Positions 37,701 through 50,185 of a DNA stretch of 64,000 bases are shown here, one piece after another. Where the stretch lies: contig NIVC01000414.1 in NCBI GenBank assembly GCA_002269645.1, positions 1 through 64,000 on the forward strand. The letters are read 5' to 3'. The notes beneath the pieces were generated by a model, which did not search any database, was not told the DNA's origin, and saw nothing but the letters and a program-made list of their open reading frames with translations. How positions within the stretch are numbered: the first letter of the stretch is position 1; the number at the start of each line of letters is the position of its first letter. Origin of the DNA: Macrostomum lignano. Its lineage: Eukaryota. The position numbers and the translations under genes were made by a program.

Positions 37701-39855
37701 GGGCGAATTTCGGTACACAAATCACTCTCCTACTACAGACTCTGTGCGCCATCGTTTATCAAAAACAGTTTCAAAGAAAATTTTTCTGTTTTTTAGCTCC
37801 TTAGTAAAATCTTCATAAATGGCTCTCTTTGTTAGACCTTGATTGGACGTAGCAGCGGTACTTTGTCTCGAACAAAGTAATTATTAATTAAGATTTTGAA
37901 GTAGCCGATAATAATGCATAAGTTTTCGATCGTTAGAAATTAACTCAACACCCACACAATATTGGTACGTAAATGAAAACGCAACGTTTCATAGCTTGTA
38001 AAAAACCTTCAATCAACCCGCATAGATTACGAACTTGACGTCATGTATAACCTACCTTTACCCTGCAAAAATTCGAAGTCGAATTCACTACAAATAACCT
38101 ACAAACATTACGAAAATGACGTCACATACACTGTACAACTTACAAATACCCTAAAAACATTACGAAATTGACGTCACAAATTACCTTCAAATACCCTGCA
38201 AACATTATGAAATTGAAATCACATACAACCTACAAATAACCTACAAACATTACGAAATTGACGTCATAAATAACCTTCAAATACCCTGCAAACATTACAA
38301 TATAAAAAATAGTTAGAGACTTGGCTTCAAATATTACAATCAACCAGCACTCGATTATTGGATGAGTGACGTCATAGACAATGCTGTAGACACTAAATAC
38401 ATATCTAGGATGTGCCATTACATAAAAACACTGCGAAAACAATTGTCTCTCAACTCACCAAGCTCTTTCCCGCTACCAACGCTGACCGTCTCCTCAGATC
38501 TGGAGTCGGCAGCTGTGGAGCCTCCGGGAGCGTCTCCACCTGTGGCAGATGAACGCCAAGACGAACCGCGACTGTTCCGACTGAACAGGCTTCCAGTCAG
38601 TGACGGCTCCGGGCTCTTGCTCTGCAGAATGCATAGGAGTGCAGAGAATGAAGTGTATTAAAACGGTGCACTTTTAGGTGTCTTTCAGGGGCAGAGAAGT
38701 CGCGAGAGCTCTCAAAGGCGGGTAGGTAATCAATCAAATAGAAAAAACTCTTTTCTCTTCCAGTCTTGCTCCAGACTCCAAGAGGACAAATATTTGCAGC
38801 TTCTAAGAGCACTTGAACAATTTGCTGCGACAGACGCAAGGAAAGTAAGCCATGGTTTTCTACCATGCATGCTGGCGTTCAGCTCAGACGAGAGATGAAG
38901 CAACACACTAGGGATCAAGGAACAGGGATCAGGCATCAGGGATCGGCGGAATTATACAATAGGATGCCAAGCTTTAGCCGCGAACAAAATTGACAAAGCC
39001 TGCGCGCACACTAAGACAGACCGAGAGGCCCAAGCTTAAGTGAAAGCCAAAAAATAGAAGTGATAAAATCCCCAAAGTAATGAAGACTGGCAAAATTCTC
39101 AAAGCCTAAGAGCTCAGGCCGCCCTTTTCCCAGTTCCACTTTCTCCTTCGTCCGTCTGAAGCCACGCCTTGCACTCCTCCTCTGTGCAGATTCCGCTCTC
39201 TTTCCTCCCCTCTCTCTCTCTCTCTCGACTTCTCAAAAGCCGCGAATAAAGACTCAGAGGTGACAGAAAACTGGGAGAAGGAGAACTAGGAGGCAGGAAA
39301 ATCCTCACCTGATCACGCAAGCGAGAATAATAAAAAATATGAAACACCCGGTAGCGGCATGATGGGCAGGCGAACTTCTCTCAGACTTTCACTATCAAAG
39401 ATTAGCAAGATGTGCCCTCCCGAAAAACTTCCTAGAGCATAAAAATGACTTGCCGTTAGCCGGAATCTGCGGAACTCGATACCCCCCTAATTTGCTGCTT
39501 TAATTCAGTTCCGTCTCCAGAGGCTGCCGGGATGCGACTCAACTTACTCTGTGCCATCTGGAATTTGACCGTCGAGTCGACTTTATCGATGCATTAATTA
39601 ACCCCCCCCCCAACCCCTCAATAATTAATGACCAAATTTAGAGACTTTCTGACCATGCTGGGGCGCTTGGAATGAACGGAAAGGGAAAAGTACAACCATG
39701 GAAGTGGGACGAATGAAGAGATGCGGAGGGTACAGACCGACAGACAGGCTGACAGATTTTAAGGCACTAAGACATTGCAACTGACAGAAATTACAACTGG
39801 TGCAAATACAGAGAGACAGACAGAAATTTCAGGACGTTATGATACTAGGACGGGC

Positions 39856-39926
<71 letters not shown>

Positions 39927-40151
39927 TAGGCCGTCACTCACGGAGCCGGCAGCCACAACGCCCACTCCGTACTCAGGGAAGGCGCCGCCCTGCAGGAGGC
40001 GGCCCTCCCGTCCACCCCAGCGGCTGCCGCTGGCGGCCCGCTGCCACCAGACGGTGGCCCGGCAGACGCAGAGCAGGAGGAGGACGAGCGCCGTCACCGC
40101 AGCGATGCAGCTGCAGACAATGGCCGCTGCCAGGGCCGGAGATGACAACAT
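34778..40151 (-). CDS. SYT: Synaptotagmin (N-terminal TM plus C2A and C2B; SYT3/5/6/9/10-like), 6 exons: 40151-39942, 38621-38459, 36991-36797, 36192-35879, 35552-35432, 35109-34778; 444 aa
   Basis: TM segment ALAAAIVCSCIAAVTALVLLLLCVC; C2A LGQVVFRLGYNF..DPF..FDQTFKF..QDFDKFSRH; C2B GELLFSL..KLTIAVMKARNL..DPYVRV..KKRKKT..LNPVWNE..W..P..WH.L. Exon phases sum to an intact frame. Confidence 0.92.
38030..38300. repeat. ~45-bp minisatellite (about 5 units) with CRE palindromes, in synaptotagmin intron 2
   Basis: Recurring TACAAATA(A/C)CCT..AAACATTACGAAATTGACGTCA at 45-52-bp spacing. Confidence 0.8.
39853..39926. repeat. (GACA)n microsatellite
   Basis: About 18 perfect GACA units, ~15 nt downstream of the synaptotagmin exon-1 donor. 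Confidence 0.97.
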
Positions 40152-40839
40152 GGTGACGGCAGCCGCGAGCTCAGCGATGTCGCTTCATCCACAGGCGACG
40201 GCCTCAAAATATCTTGAGAACAAGCGAATAACCAGCTGAGATTTTTGTCAACACTCCGTCCTCCTTCGAGCTGCGCAGAGTCGGCAAAGGGGAAGAGAGA
40301 AAGAGAGGCGAATCGGTTGCCGAGCTCTGTATTTACAGATAACGAGCGGCGCTGCAATTTGGGACCTCGCTGGCTCGCTCGCCGCCCACTCGTCTCGTAT
40401 TCGACTCGCCTATGGCGAAGAATATTGGGGGGGGGGGCGGGGGCTGTTTTGAGCAGTGGGAGTCTCCACACGCGAAATTGGAACTCTGCAGGGGCAGAGA
40501 AGCGACGTTTAACAGGGACCTAGTTCCTTCTCTCCTGTCTGTCCCTCTCCCTCCTATCTCGGCCAGGGCCAATCAGCTTGCTTCTGCAGGCCTGTCCCGT
40601 CCGGGGAAGAAGACCAAAGGCGGTTGCTGTCGCCTCTGGGGTTGGAAACCGGACTGCATGAGCTGCAAATCAATTTGAATAGGCCTTAGCGTAGCTGAAT
40701 AGCTAATATTGCTCGCTAAACACTTCTCAAGGCTCATGCAGCGTGAGAGCTCGGCCCCTCTAGAGTGTCTTTTCTGTGCTTGTTAGTTAATTATTTCTAT
40801 TATACTCGTACCTTTGGATAATCTTCAGATTTTTTTGCC

Positions 40840-41075
40840 CTTCATCTCACTCTCTTCCCACCCTTCATCTCACCCTCCTTCTTCCCCTCATCTCACCCTT
40901 CTTCTAGCCTTCATCTCACCCTCCCTCTACCCATAATCGCACCACATTCTATCCTTAATCTAATATACATTTTACTTTTAATCACACCACACCTTCCTTC
41001 TATCCCTCATCTCCTTCTCCTTCCACCCTAATCTCAACCTCCTTCAACCCTTAATCTCACCCTCCTACCCCTAAT
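40840..41075. repeat. Degenerate pyrimidine-rich repeat (CCTTCATCTCACCCTCC-like)
   Basis: Repeated ATCTCACCC / CCTTAATCT motifs. Confidence 0.6.
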
Positions 41076-41702
41076 CTATATTAATCTCATCTTGGTATTT
41101 TTCTAATCTATCCTTCGAACAACAGTTTATCCCAGCAATTCACCTAATCTTAATCAGAACAGTCGCAACCTTGGCTCGCATCGCAACAACTTCAACCTGC
41201 CTAAACCTGAAGCCCGGATGAAAAATGTCAGGTGAAAAAGAAGAGGCAGAAAGCACGAAAAACCACAGATTCAGGAGAGAATCAGAGCAAGTGCGAGGTT
41301 TCCTAAGCTGTGTTTCTGCTTTGTCATCAAATAGCTCAACTCAAATCAACTCAAACAGCAACTACCGTAATTCAGCTTTTTCATGTTTTTTCATATCTCT
41401 TCCGCATGGAGAATTCCTGCAATCCCCCAGCGAGCACGCAAAAATATGAAAAACTGCAGAGAAACACGGAATGAGACCTGCGAGCTCCATCTCAGCTGGG
41501 TCCTGTGGGAAATTATTGATGGAACATGCAATTTTGAGTTCATGAGCGATTGAGATTTACATTGTCTGAGTGGCAGCTGCTGCTAACTCAGATCTGCTTT
41601 AAGATTTCTTGGAAGGAATCCCTGCTGATCAAATTCAATGGAGTAAGCGGCACAATCAGGATTTTTTAATTGGAAGGCGCGTCAACGCGGGGCGACAGCT
41701 AG

Positions 41703-42572
41703 GGGCGCCATCTTGGGGGCGCTATCTTGGGGCCGCCATCTTGGGGGTGTCATCTTGGGGGCGCTATCTTGGGGGCGCCATCTTCAGGCGCTATCTTGGA
41801 GACGCTATCTTCGGGCGCTATCTTGGAGGCGTTATCCTGGAGGCGCTATCTTGGAGGCGCTATCTTCGGGCGCTATCTTTGAGGCGCTCTCCTCAGGCGC
41901 TATCTTGGAGGCGCTCTCCTCAGGCGCTATCTTGGAGGCGCTCTCCTCAGGCGCTATCTTGGAGGCGCTATCTTGGAGGCGCTATCTTCGGGCGCTATCT
42001 TGGGGGCGCTATCTTGGAGGCGCTATCTTCGGGCGCTATCTTGGGGGCGCTATCTTGGAGGCGCTATCTTTGGGCGCTATCTTAGAGGCGCTATCTTGGA
42101 GGCGCTGTCTTGGAGGCGCTATCTTCGGGCGCTATCTTGGAGGCGCTATCTTTGGGCGCTATCTTAGAGGCGCTATCTTGGAGGCGCTGTCTTGGAGGCG
42201 CTATCTTCGGGCGCTATCTTGGAGGCGCTATCTTTGGGCGCTATCTTAGAGGCGCTATCTTGGAGGCGCTATCTTGGAGGCGCTATCTTCGGGCGCTATC
42301 TTGGAGGCGCTATTTTGGAGGCGCTATTTTGGTGCGCTATCTTGGAGGCGCTATCTTCAGGCGCTATCTTGGAGGCGCTATCTTGGAGGCGCTATCTTGG
42401 AGGCGCGATCTTGGATGCGCTATCTTGAAGGCGCTATCTTGGAGGCGCGATCTTGGATGCGCTATCTTGGAGGCGCTATCTTGGAGGCGCGATCTTGGAT
42501 GCGCTATCTTGGAGGCGCTATCTTGGAGGCGCTATCTTGGAGGCGCGATCTTGAAGGCGCTATCTTGGAGAC
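41703..42572. repeat. 13-15-bp minisatellite GGCGCTATCTTGGA (~60 units)
   Basis: Direct tandem repetition; the long ORFs in this interval are repeat translations. Confidence 0.97.
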
Positions 42573-42589
42573 GCGCCAATACTGTACGC

Positions 42590-42750
42590 TCGCAAAGGAT
42601 GTACAGCGGCCCTGTCTAATCCTTGCCTTGAGGGTTGGTCCTTGGCCCCGAATGAGTGTGGCGACTCAAGGAATCGAACCAGGGTCCGGGTTTCATTCTG
42701 AGCGGATGTGTCCTTTAGTATTATTTGATCATACATGCCATACTACGAGC
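42590..42750 (-). mobile_element. 5' half of a SINE family B-related copy
   Basis: Minus strand has B-box GGTTCGATTCC followed by AGGGCCGCTGTACATCC; it ends against the 14-bp array. Confidence 0.55.
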
Positions 42751-43497
42751 TAATTTAATAGTTTAACTAACAGCACGAAAAAGCTCTGAAACAGCAGACT
42801 ATTATATTCCTGTCAACTCACTCAGAAAAAATGTATTTTTTCCGCTACAAAAGGAAAAAAGACAATGAAACAATAGAATTAGAATAACAATAGAAGCAGG
42901 CATTCTACCGGTATATCCTTTGTTACCAGCTTATTTGACTGACACGTGGGAAACTGAACAATAATAGGGAAAAGTTGCAGCACAATGCAAAGCAAAATTA
43001 TAAAATTCACCGAAGCAAAAGCAGACTGTGACTAAATCTGGAATAGATTTTCATAGTGAAAGAGAATCTTAGTGCGTAGTTGATGCATGACATTAAATCA
43101 GCGCTGATCGAACCTCTGTGTGAATTCTGTTAATCCAAATATGCGCATTCCGCTAATCCTCAGCTAGCAAATCCCTCACTAATTGAATCCGCTGGCCGGA
43201 CCGAGAGACTTGGGCCAAAAATAATTTTAACTTATTATTCTCAGATGGCAGTCTGAGATGGGCTGGCGAAGCATGAGCGTGAAGCGGCACCGTTCTCAAA
43301 GGTTTCCTAAATTTGTCATCTATTAAAACAAATTTTTAAGACAACAGAATTCTTATTAAAAAAATTCTAGACAACAAGTCCTTTTAAATTAGAAACAGGT
43401 GGTGATGGAGGAATCGATAAATATAATTAATAAATACTTACTCGCAATAGCTGATTTTCTATTATTATTATAGAAAAACTTCCAAGCCTCCCAAAAA

Positions 43498-44637
43498 TAA
43501 GGAGGGGATTACCAAAGGATAAGGAAGGGATTCCCAAAGGATAAGGAAGGGATTCCCAGTAGATGAGGATAGGATTCCCAAAGGATGATGAGAAGATTCC
43601 TAAAGGATAAGGAGGGGCTTCCCAAAGGACAAGGAGAGCATTCCCAAAGGATAAGGAGAGGATTCCCAAAGGATAAGGAGGGGATTCCCAAAGGATAAGG
43701 AGGGGATTCCCAAAGGATAAGGAGGGGATTCCCAAAGGACAAGAAGGGGATTCCCAAAGGACAAGGAGGGGGTTCCTAAAGGATAAGGAGGGGATTCCCA
43801 AAGGACAAGGAGGGGATTCCCAAAGGACATGGAGAGAATTCCCAAAGGATAAGGAAGGGATTCCCAAAGGATAAGGAGGGGATTCCCAAAGGACATGGAG
43901 GGGATTCCCAAAGGACATGGAGAGAATTCCCAAAGGATAAGGAGGGGATTCCCAAAGGATAAGGAGAGAATTCCCAAAGGATAAGGAGGGGATTCCCAAA
44001 GGACAAGGAGGGGATTCCCAAAGGATAAGGAGGGGATTCCCAAAGGATAAGGAGGGGATTCCCAAAGGATAAGGAGGGGATTCCCAAAGGACAAGGAGGG
44101 GATTCCCAAAGGATAAGGAGGGGATTCCCAAAGGACAAGGAGGGGATTCCCAAAGGATAAGGAGGGGATTCCCAAAGGACAAGGAGGGGGTTCCTAAAGG
44201 ATAAGGAGGGGATTCCCAAAGGACAAGGAGGGGATTCCCAAAGGACATGGAGAGAATTCCCAAAGGATAAGGAAGGGATTCCCAAAGGATAAGGAGGGGA
44301 TTCCCAAAGGACAAGGAGGGGATTCCCAAAGGACATGGAGAGAATTCCCAAAGGATAAGGAGGGGATTCCCAAAGGATAAGGAGAGAATTCCCAAAGGAT
44401 AAGGAGGGGATTCCCAAAGGACAAGGAGGGGATTCCCAAAGGATAAGGAGGGGATTCCCAAAGGATAAGGAGGGGATTCCCAAAGGACAAGAAGGGGATT
44501 CCCAAAGGACAAGGAGGGGGTTCCTAAAGGATAAGGAGGGGATTCCCAAAGGATAACGAAGGGATTCCCAAAGGATAAGGAGGGGATTCCCAAAGGACAA
44601 GGAGGGGGTTCCTAAAGGATAAGGAGGGGATTCCTAA
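43498..44637. repeat. 21-bp minisatellite GGAGGGGATTCCCAAAGGA(T/C)AA (~54 units)
   Basis: Direct tandem repetition with a few recurrent variants (GAGAATTCCC, GGGTTCCTAA). Confidence 0.98.
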
Positions 44638-45484
44638 GCCCAAATATACTGAAAATGAGCTATTAATACAAGTAATATAAGTACATATTTAGTCCAATCT
44701 ACTTAGTCCTGCATAATAAGCAAACAAAATAAAAGTGCATTCAAAATTGGTGACAAACAAACAGACATTTTCAACGCAGCATTGGCAAAATCTGCATCCG
44801 AGTCGCATGCAACTCATGAGTCAGATTGAAATCCAGGGCTGCGTGGAGAGGAGCTGCAGCAAATTGCAGTATAAAACTGTCCCCAAACGGGAGAAACCCG
44901 ATAAAACGAGTAACCTTGGCCCTGTATATCAGAGTGATGTAGCTTCTTTGCGCTTAAGATTCTGGGGGGATAAGCGATGGCGAAGGCTTTGGGAATCAAA
45001 TATCCAATATCCGGAGGGTATATGGCCTGGGGAGCGGAGCATTATTCAGCCTCTCAGCTTCTCTGCCACTCTTGAGAATATTTTCCATCCACTTGTGCCA
45101 AACTGCTCAGTGGGCGTTTCGTATGCAAGCTGGTAATTTTGTATATTGACTGCATTATCAATATGAATGTGCGATGCAGCCCCCGCTTGCACCTCAGCTC
45201 AGATACACATCTACTGATAATCTGCATCCTCTCTATCTGACTGATAGTGTAGCGCTGGATACCAAAATATGAAGATGGTTGATTAAGTTGAGCGAAAGGT
45301 TAAATCTCGGCTTGGGGGGGGGGGCGATCGCGTCTATTTAATAAAAAAGTACAGTTTGTTTAGGGCTGAAACCGAAAGTTGGAGTTTGGGCCATAGACAA
45401 TTACCTATAAGCTTGTGCATGGGCACTCAAAAGAAAGTACTGTTATTAAACGCAGGGACAGTGGGAAACAAGGAACTACAGTAT

Positions 45485-45885
45485 AGTCTCTCTCCTCTAT
45501 TTCATCTCCCTGTCTCTCTACCTCATATCTCAGCCTCTCTGCCTAATCTCCCAGTCTCTACCTTTTATCTCAGCTTCTCTGCCATGCACAGCTCTCAGCC
45601 TCTCTCAAATTCATCTCCCAGTCTCTCTACCTCATATCTCAGCCTCCTAGCTGCCCATCTCTCAGTCTCTCTCTGCCCCATCTCTCAGCCTCTCTCTACC
45701 CCATCTCTCAGTCTCGATCTCTCCGCCCCATCTCTATCCTCCTCTACCACATCTCTCAGCCTATATGCCAGCCCCATCTTTCAGCCTCTCCGCCCCATCT
45801 CTCAGTCTCTCTACCTCATATCTCAGCCTCTGCCCCATCTCTCCCTCCGCCTCATCTTTCAGCCTCTCTCTACCCCATCTCACCT
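45485..45885. repeat. CT-rich degenerate minisatellite (CCCCATCTCTCAG(C/T)CTCT)
   Basis: Repeated CCCCATCTCTCAG; reverse complement of the array at 46470-46850. Confidence 0.85.
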
Positions 45886-46469
45886 CTGTGACCACAGACT
45901 CGGTGGGACATAATCAAATCCCAAGCAATTATTGATGAAGTATAGGACAGTTGCATTCTGGCAATTGTGTCTTTGATGAATTTTGCCAGTGTTTCCATGC
46001 ACTATGTCTCAATCTTCTTGAGTCATTAGGTTAACCAGGTTAACCAACTTTAACCGGTATTTCCCATTCAATTTGATCACGGACGGCGCTATAAAAAGTT
46101 GCAACTTACACGCTTAAACAGGCGTAAAAATTAACCGCTTACTCAGCTCTTTCAACCCTGTCTGCACTTTTATCATCGAAATAGTTTCAGCAATCGTTAA
46201 TTTTTATTATCTGAGCTAATTAGAGGGGCCAAGGGAGATGCATTGTTTGCTTTCTCAGTGCGCCTGCGTGTGCGCACCGCTTCGCGAGTTTCGTTTGCTC
46301 TGGTGGAATAATTTTTATCGAGGTCAAAGCGATAAAAAAATTTAAGGGCGGTTTGGTCAGCTCTGGCCATCTTTCTGCATCAGCTGCGATTCATTTTTAT
46401 TGTTTTCAATTAGCTTTATGTGTTTCGTTCTGCCAAGATGGAGTCAAGTTCACAGGCCAAACAGAAAGG

Positions 46470-46850
46470 TGAGTAGAGAGACTGAAAGACAAGATAGATA
46501 GTGAAAGAGGGGCAGAGAGACTGGGAGGTAAAAGGTAAAGAGAGGCTGAGAGATGGGGTAGAAAGAGAGAGAGACTGAGAGATGGGGCATAGAGACTGAG
46601 AGATGGGGCAAAGAGATTGAGAGATGGGGCAGAGAGGTTGAGATGGGGCAGAGACTGAGAGATAAGCAGAGAGACAGAGGGATGGGGTAGAGAGACAGAT
46701 GGGGCAGAGAGGCTGAGAGATGGGGTAAAAAGGCTGAGAGATTGGACAGGCTGAGAGATGGGGTAAAGAGGCTGAAGGATTGGACAGGCTGAGAGATGGG
46801 GTAAAGAGGCTGAAAGATTGGACAGGCTGAGAGATTGGCAGAGAGAGAAT
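46470..46850. repeat. GA-rich degenerate minisatellite (AGAG(A/G)CTGAGAGATGGGG)
   Basis: Repeated CTGAGAGATGGGG; inverted relative to 45485-45885. Confidence 0.85.
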
Positions 46851-47429
46851 GCGAGCTGCAGACTAAATACAGTTTCAGTTTACCCCAAGCAATGCAGTAG
46901 TATACAGATTGTTTTAACTTTCTCTTCAATTAAAAAAGTAAACCAAAACACAGAAAATTTTTAACAGGTACAAAATTGATGTTTATTATTATTGTAATCT
47001 TAGTAAATCCAGAATTACAACCTCATCTTTTGTCGCAAACCAAAACGAGCAACCAAATAACAGCCTCTATATTCAATCGTAGCATGATTTAGACAGTCAA
47101 ATTAATCTATTTAACCGAAGCTTAGGAATACCGATTATTATTAGTTAAATAATAATAACAAAATCTTCACAACATTGACCAAAATACTGCAATAAAAACA
47201 TTAAGAAAACAACAATAAACAAAGTAAACAAGAAACGCATTAATAAATACAAGTAGGGCAAAATATAAATTTGAAACTCTGCTGAGATCAGATTATTTAT
47301 TAAACGAGATAGTTGGATATTCAGCGATTTTAAACTTTGTTCCCGATTTTTCTTTTTGATTGAAGCTTCTAAGGAAACTGAGGCTGGAAATTGGGATTAA
47401 AATCCAGAAAAGGGATTTGAAAATATAAT

Positions 47430-49050
47430 TGTGGGATTTGAAGCCTCCCATTGGGATCTGAAGCAGAAAATGGGGATCTGAAGCTACAACTGGGAATCTG
47501 AAGCTACAAATGGGAATCTGAAGCTCTAAATGGGGATCTGAAGCTACAAATGGGGATCTAAAGCTACAAATGGGAATCTGAAACTACAACTAGGGATCTG
47601 AAGCTACAAATGGGATCTGAAACTACAACTAGGGATTTGAAGCTACAAATGGGGATCTGAAGCTACAACCGGGGATCTGAAGCTACAAATGGGGATCTGA
47701 AGCTACAGATGGGGATCTGAAGCTACAAATAGGGATCTGAAGCTACAGATGGGGATCTGAAGCTACAGATGGGGATCTGAAGCTACAAATAGGGATCTGA
47801 AGCTACAGATGGGGATCTGAAGCTACAAATAGGGATCTGAAGCTACAGATGGGGATCTGAAGCTACAAATAGGGATCTGAAGCTACAGATGGGGATCTGA
47901 AGCTACAAATAGGGATCTGAAGCTACAAATGGGGATCTGAAGCTACAAATGGGGATCTGAAGCTACAAATGGGGATCTGAAGCTACAACTGAGGATCTGA
48001 AGCTACAAATGGGGATCTGAAGCTACAACTGGGGATCTGAAGCTACAAATAGGGATCTGAAGCTACAAATGGGGATCTGAAGCTACAATTGGGGATCTGA
48101 AGCTAAAAATGGGGATCTGAAGCTACAAATAGGTATCTAAAGCTACAAATGGGGATCTGAAGCTACAAATGGGGATCTGAAGCTCTAAATGGGGATCTAA
48201 AGCTACAAATGGGGATCTGAAGCTACAAATGGGGATCTGAAGCTACAAATAGGGATTTGAAGCTACAACCGGGGATCTGAAGCTACAAATGCGGATCTTA
48301 AGCTACAAATGGGGATCTGAAGCTCTAAATGGGGATCTAAAGCTACAAATGGGGATCTGAAGCTCTAAATGGGGATCTAAAGCTACAAATGGGGATCTGA
48401 AGCTACAAATGGGGATCTGAAGCTACAACTAGGGATCTGAAGCTACAAATGGGGATCTAAAGCTACAAATAGGGGTCTGAAGCTACGAGCGTACAAATAG
48501 GGATCTGAAGCTACAAATAGGGATCTGAAGCTACAACCGGGGATCTGAAGCTACAAATAGGGATCTGAAGCTACGAGCGTACAAATAGGGATCTGAAGCT
48601 ACAATTGGGGATCTGAAGCTAAAAATGGGGATCTGAAGCTACAACTGGGGATCTGAAGCTACAAATAGGTATCTGAAGCTACAAATGGGGATCTGAAGCT
48701 ACAAATAGGGATTTGAAGCTACAAATGGGGATCTGAAGCTACAAATGGGGATCTGAAGCTACAGATGGGGATCTGAAGCTACAAATGAGGATCTGAAGCT
48801 ACAATTGGGGATCTGAAGCTACAAATAGGGATCTGAAGCTACAACCGGGGATCTGAAGCTACAACCGGGGATCTGAAGCTACAACCGGGGATCTGAAGCT
48901 ACAAATGGGATCTGAAGCTACAAATAGGGATCTGAAGCTACAAATGGGGATCTGAAGCTACAAGTGGGAATCTGAAGCTACAATTGGGGATCTGAAGCTA
49001 CAAATAGGGATCTGAAGCTACAACCGGGGATCTGAAGCTACAAATAGATA
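47430..49050. repeat. 20-bp minisatellite ATGGGGATCTGAAGCTACAA (~80 units)
   Basis: Direct tandem repetition, degenerate at the left edge. Confidence 0.98.
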
Positions 49051-49529
49051 TCTTCAAAACGGTCAGAATTACAAATCAGTGTATTTAGCACAGCACATAG
49101 AGTAGAATTTCCGCGAATGTGTGCATATTCGGAGAAAGCGACTGGCAGACAGGCAGGCAGACATCACAGACAAAAAGCTGTAACAGACGAACGCCAAGCA
49201 CAGCAGGTAAACATGTGGAAGCCGAAGGAAGAACTGATTGTAAAAATGCTGTTTAGTTTCTATAACAAGCAATCAGCTTAGCTCTTACACAATAACAATA
49301 ACGAAGAAAAACAAAAAGAGCTGTAATCAAAAAACGAAACTGGGATTAGCTATAATCAAATTAGGGCGCAATTTGAACGAAGTAATCTCATTTTTTTTTC
49401 TCAAAAAAATTTCAACAACAAACTCTTCTTTTCAAGTCTGCCTCGGAATTGTGTCAAAGTCAAGTGAACAGCAGAAAATATCAAGCCTTTTTTTTACAAA
49501 TTACATATTTTTCAAGTACAAAAACGAAC

Positions 49530-50185
49530 TAACTAATTAGCTAGCTAACTAACCAACTGGCTAAGTAACTAACTAGCTAACTAATGAACTAGCAAGCTAG
49601 CTAACTAACTAACTAATCAGCCAACTAACTAGCAAATCAGCCAACTAACTAACTAATCAGCCAATTAACTAGCAAATCAGCCAACTAACTAACTAATCAG
49701 CCAACTAACTAGCAAATCAGCCAACTAACTAACTAATCAGCCAATTAACTAGCAAATCAGCCAACTAACTAACTAATCAGCCAATTAACTAGCAAATCAG
49801 CCAACTAACTAACTAATCAGCCAACTAACTAGCAAATCAGCCAACTAACTAACTAATCAGCCAATTAACTAGCAAATCAGCCAACTAACTAACTAATCAG
49901 CCAACTAACTAATCCGCCAACTAACTAACTAATCAGCCAACTAACTAACTAATCAGCCATCTAACTAACTAATCAGCCAACTAACTAACTAATCAGCCAA
50001 CTAACTAACTAATCAGCCAACTAACTAACTAATCAGCCAACTAACTAACTAATCAGCCAACTAACTAACTAATCAGACAACTAACAAACTAATCAGCCAA
50101 CTAACTAACTAATCAGCCAACTAACTAACTAATTAGCTAGCCAACTGACTAATTGACTGACTAACTAACTAATGAACTAACTCAT
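49530..50185. repeat. 20-bp minisatellite CCAACTAACTAACTAATCAG, partly with a 40-bp higher-order dimer
   Basis: Alternation of ..AACTAATCAG and ..AGCAAATCAG units at 49.61-49.89 kb. Confidence 0.95.

Noticed and set aside
41609-44600. Long ORFs of 150-390 aa (ALSWRRYL.., GIPSLSFGNP..)
   Set aside because: They are translations of 14-bp and 21-bp tandem arrays that lack stops in some frames, with no unique coding flanks.
44735-45136. 133-aa plus-strand ORF between arrays
   Set aside because: It starts at GTG, has no recognisable motif and no supported neighbouring exons; left unannotated.
45356-46929. 185-aa and 159-aa Ser/Leu/Pro-rich ORFs
   Set aside because: They are translations of the CT-rich minisatellite strand.
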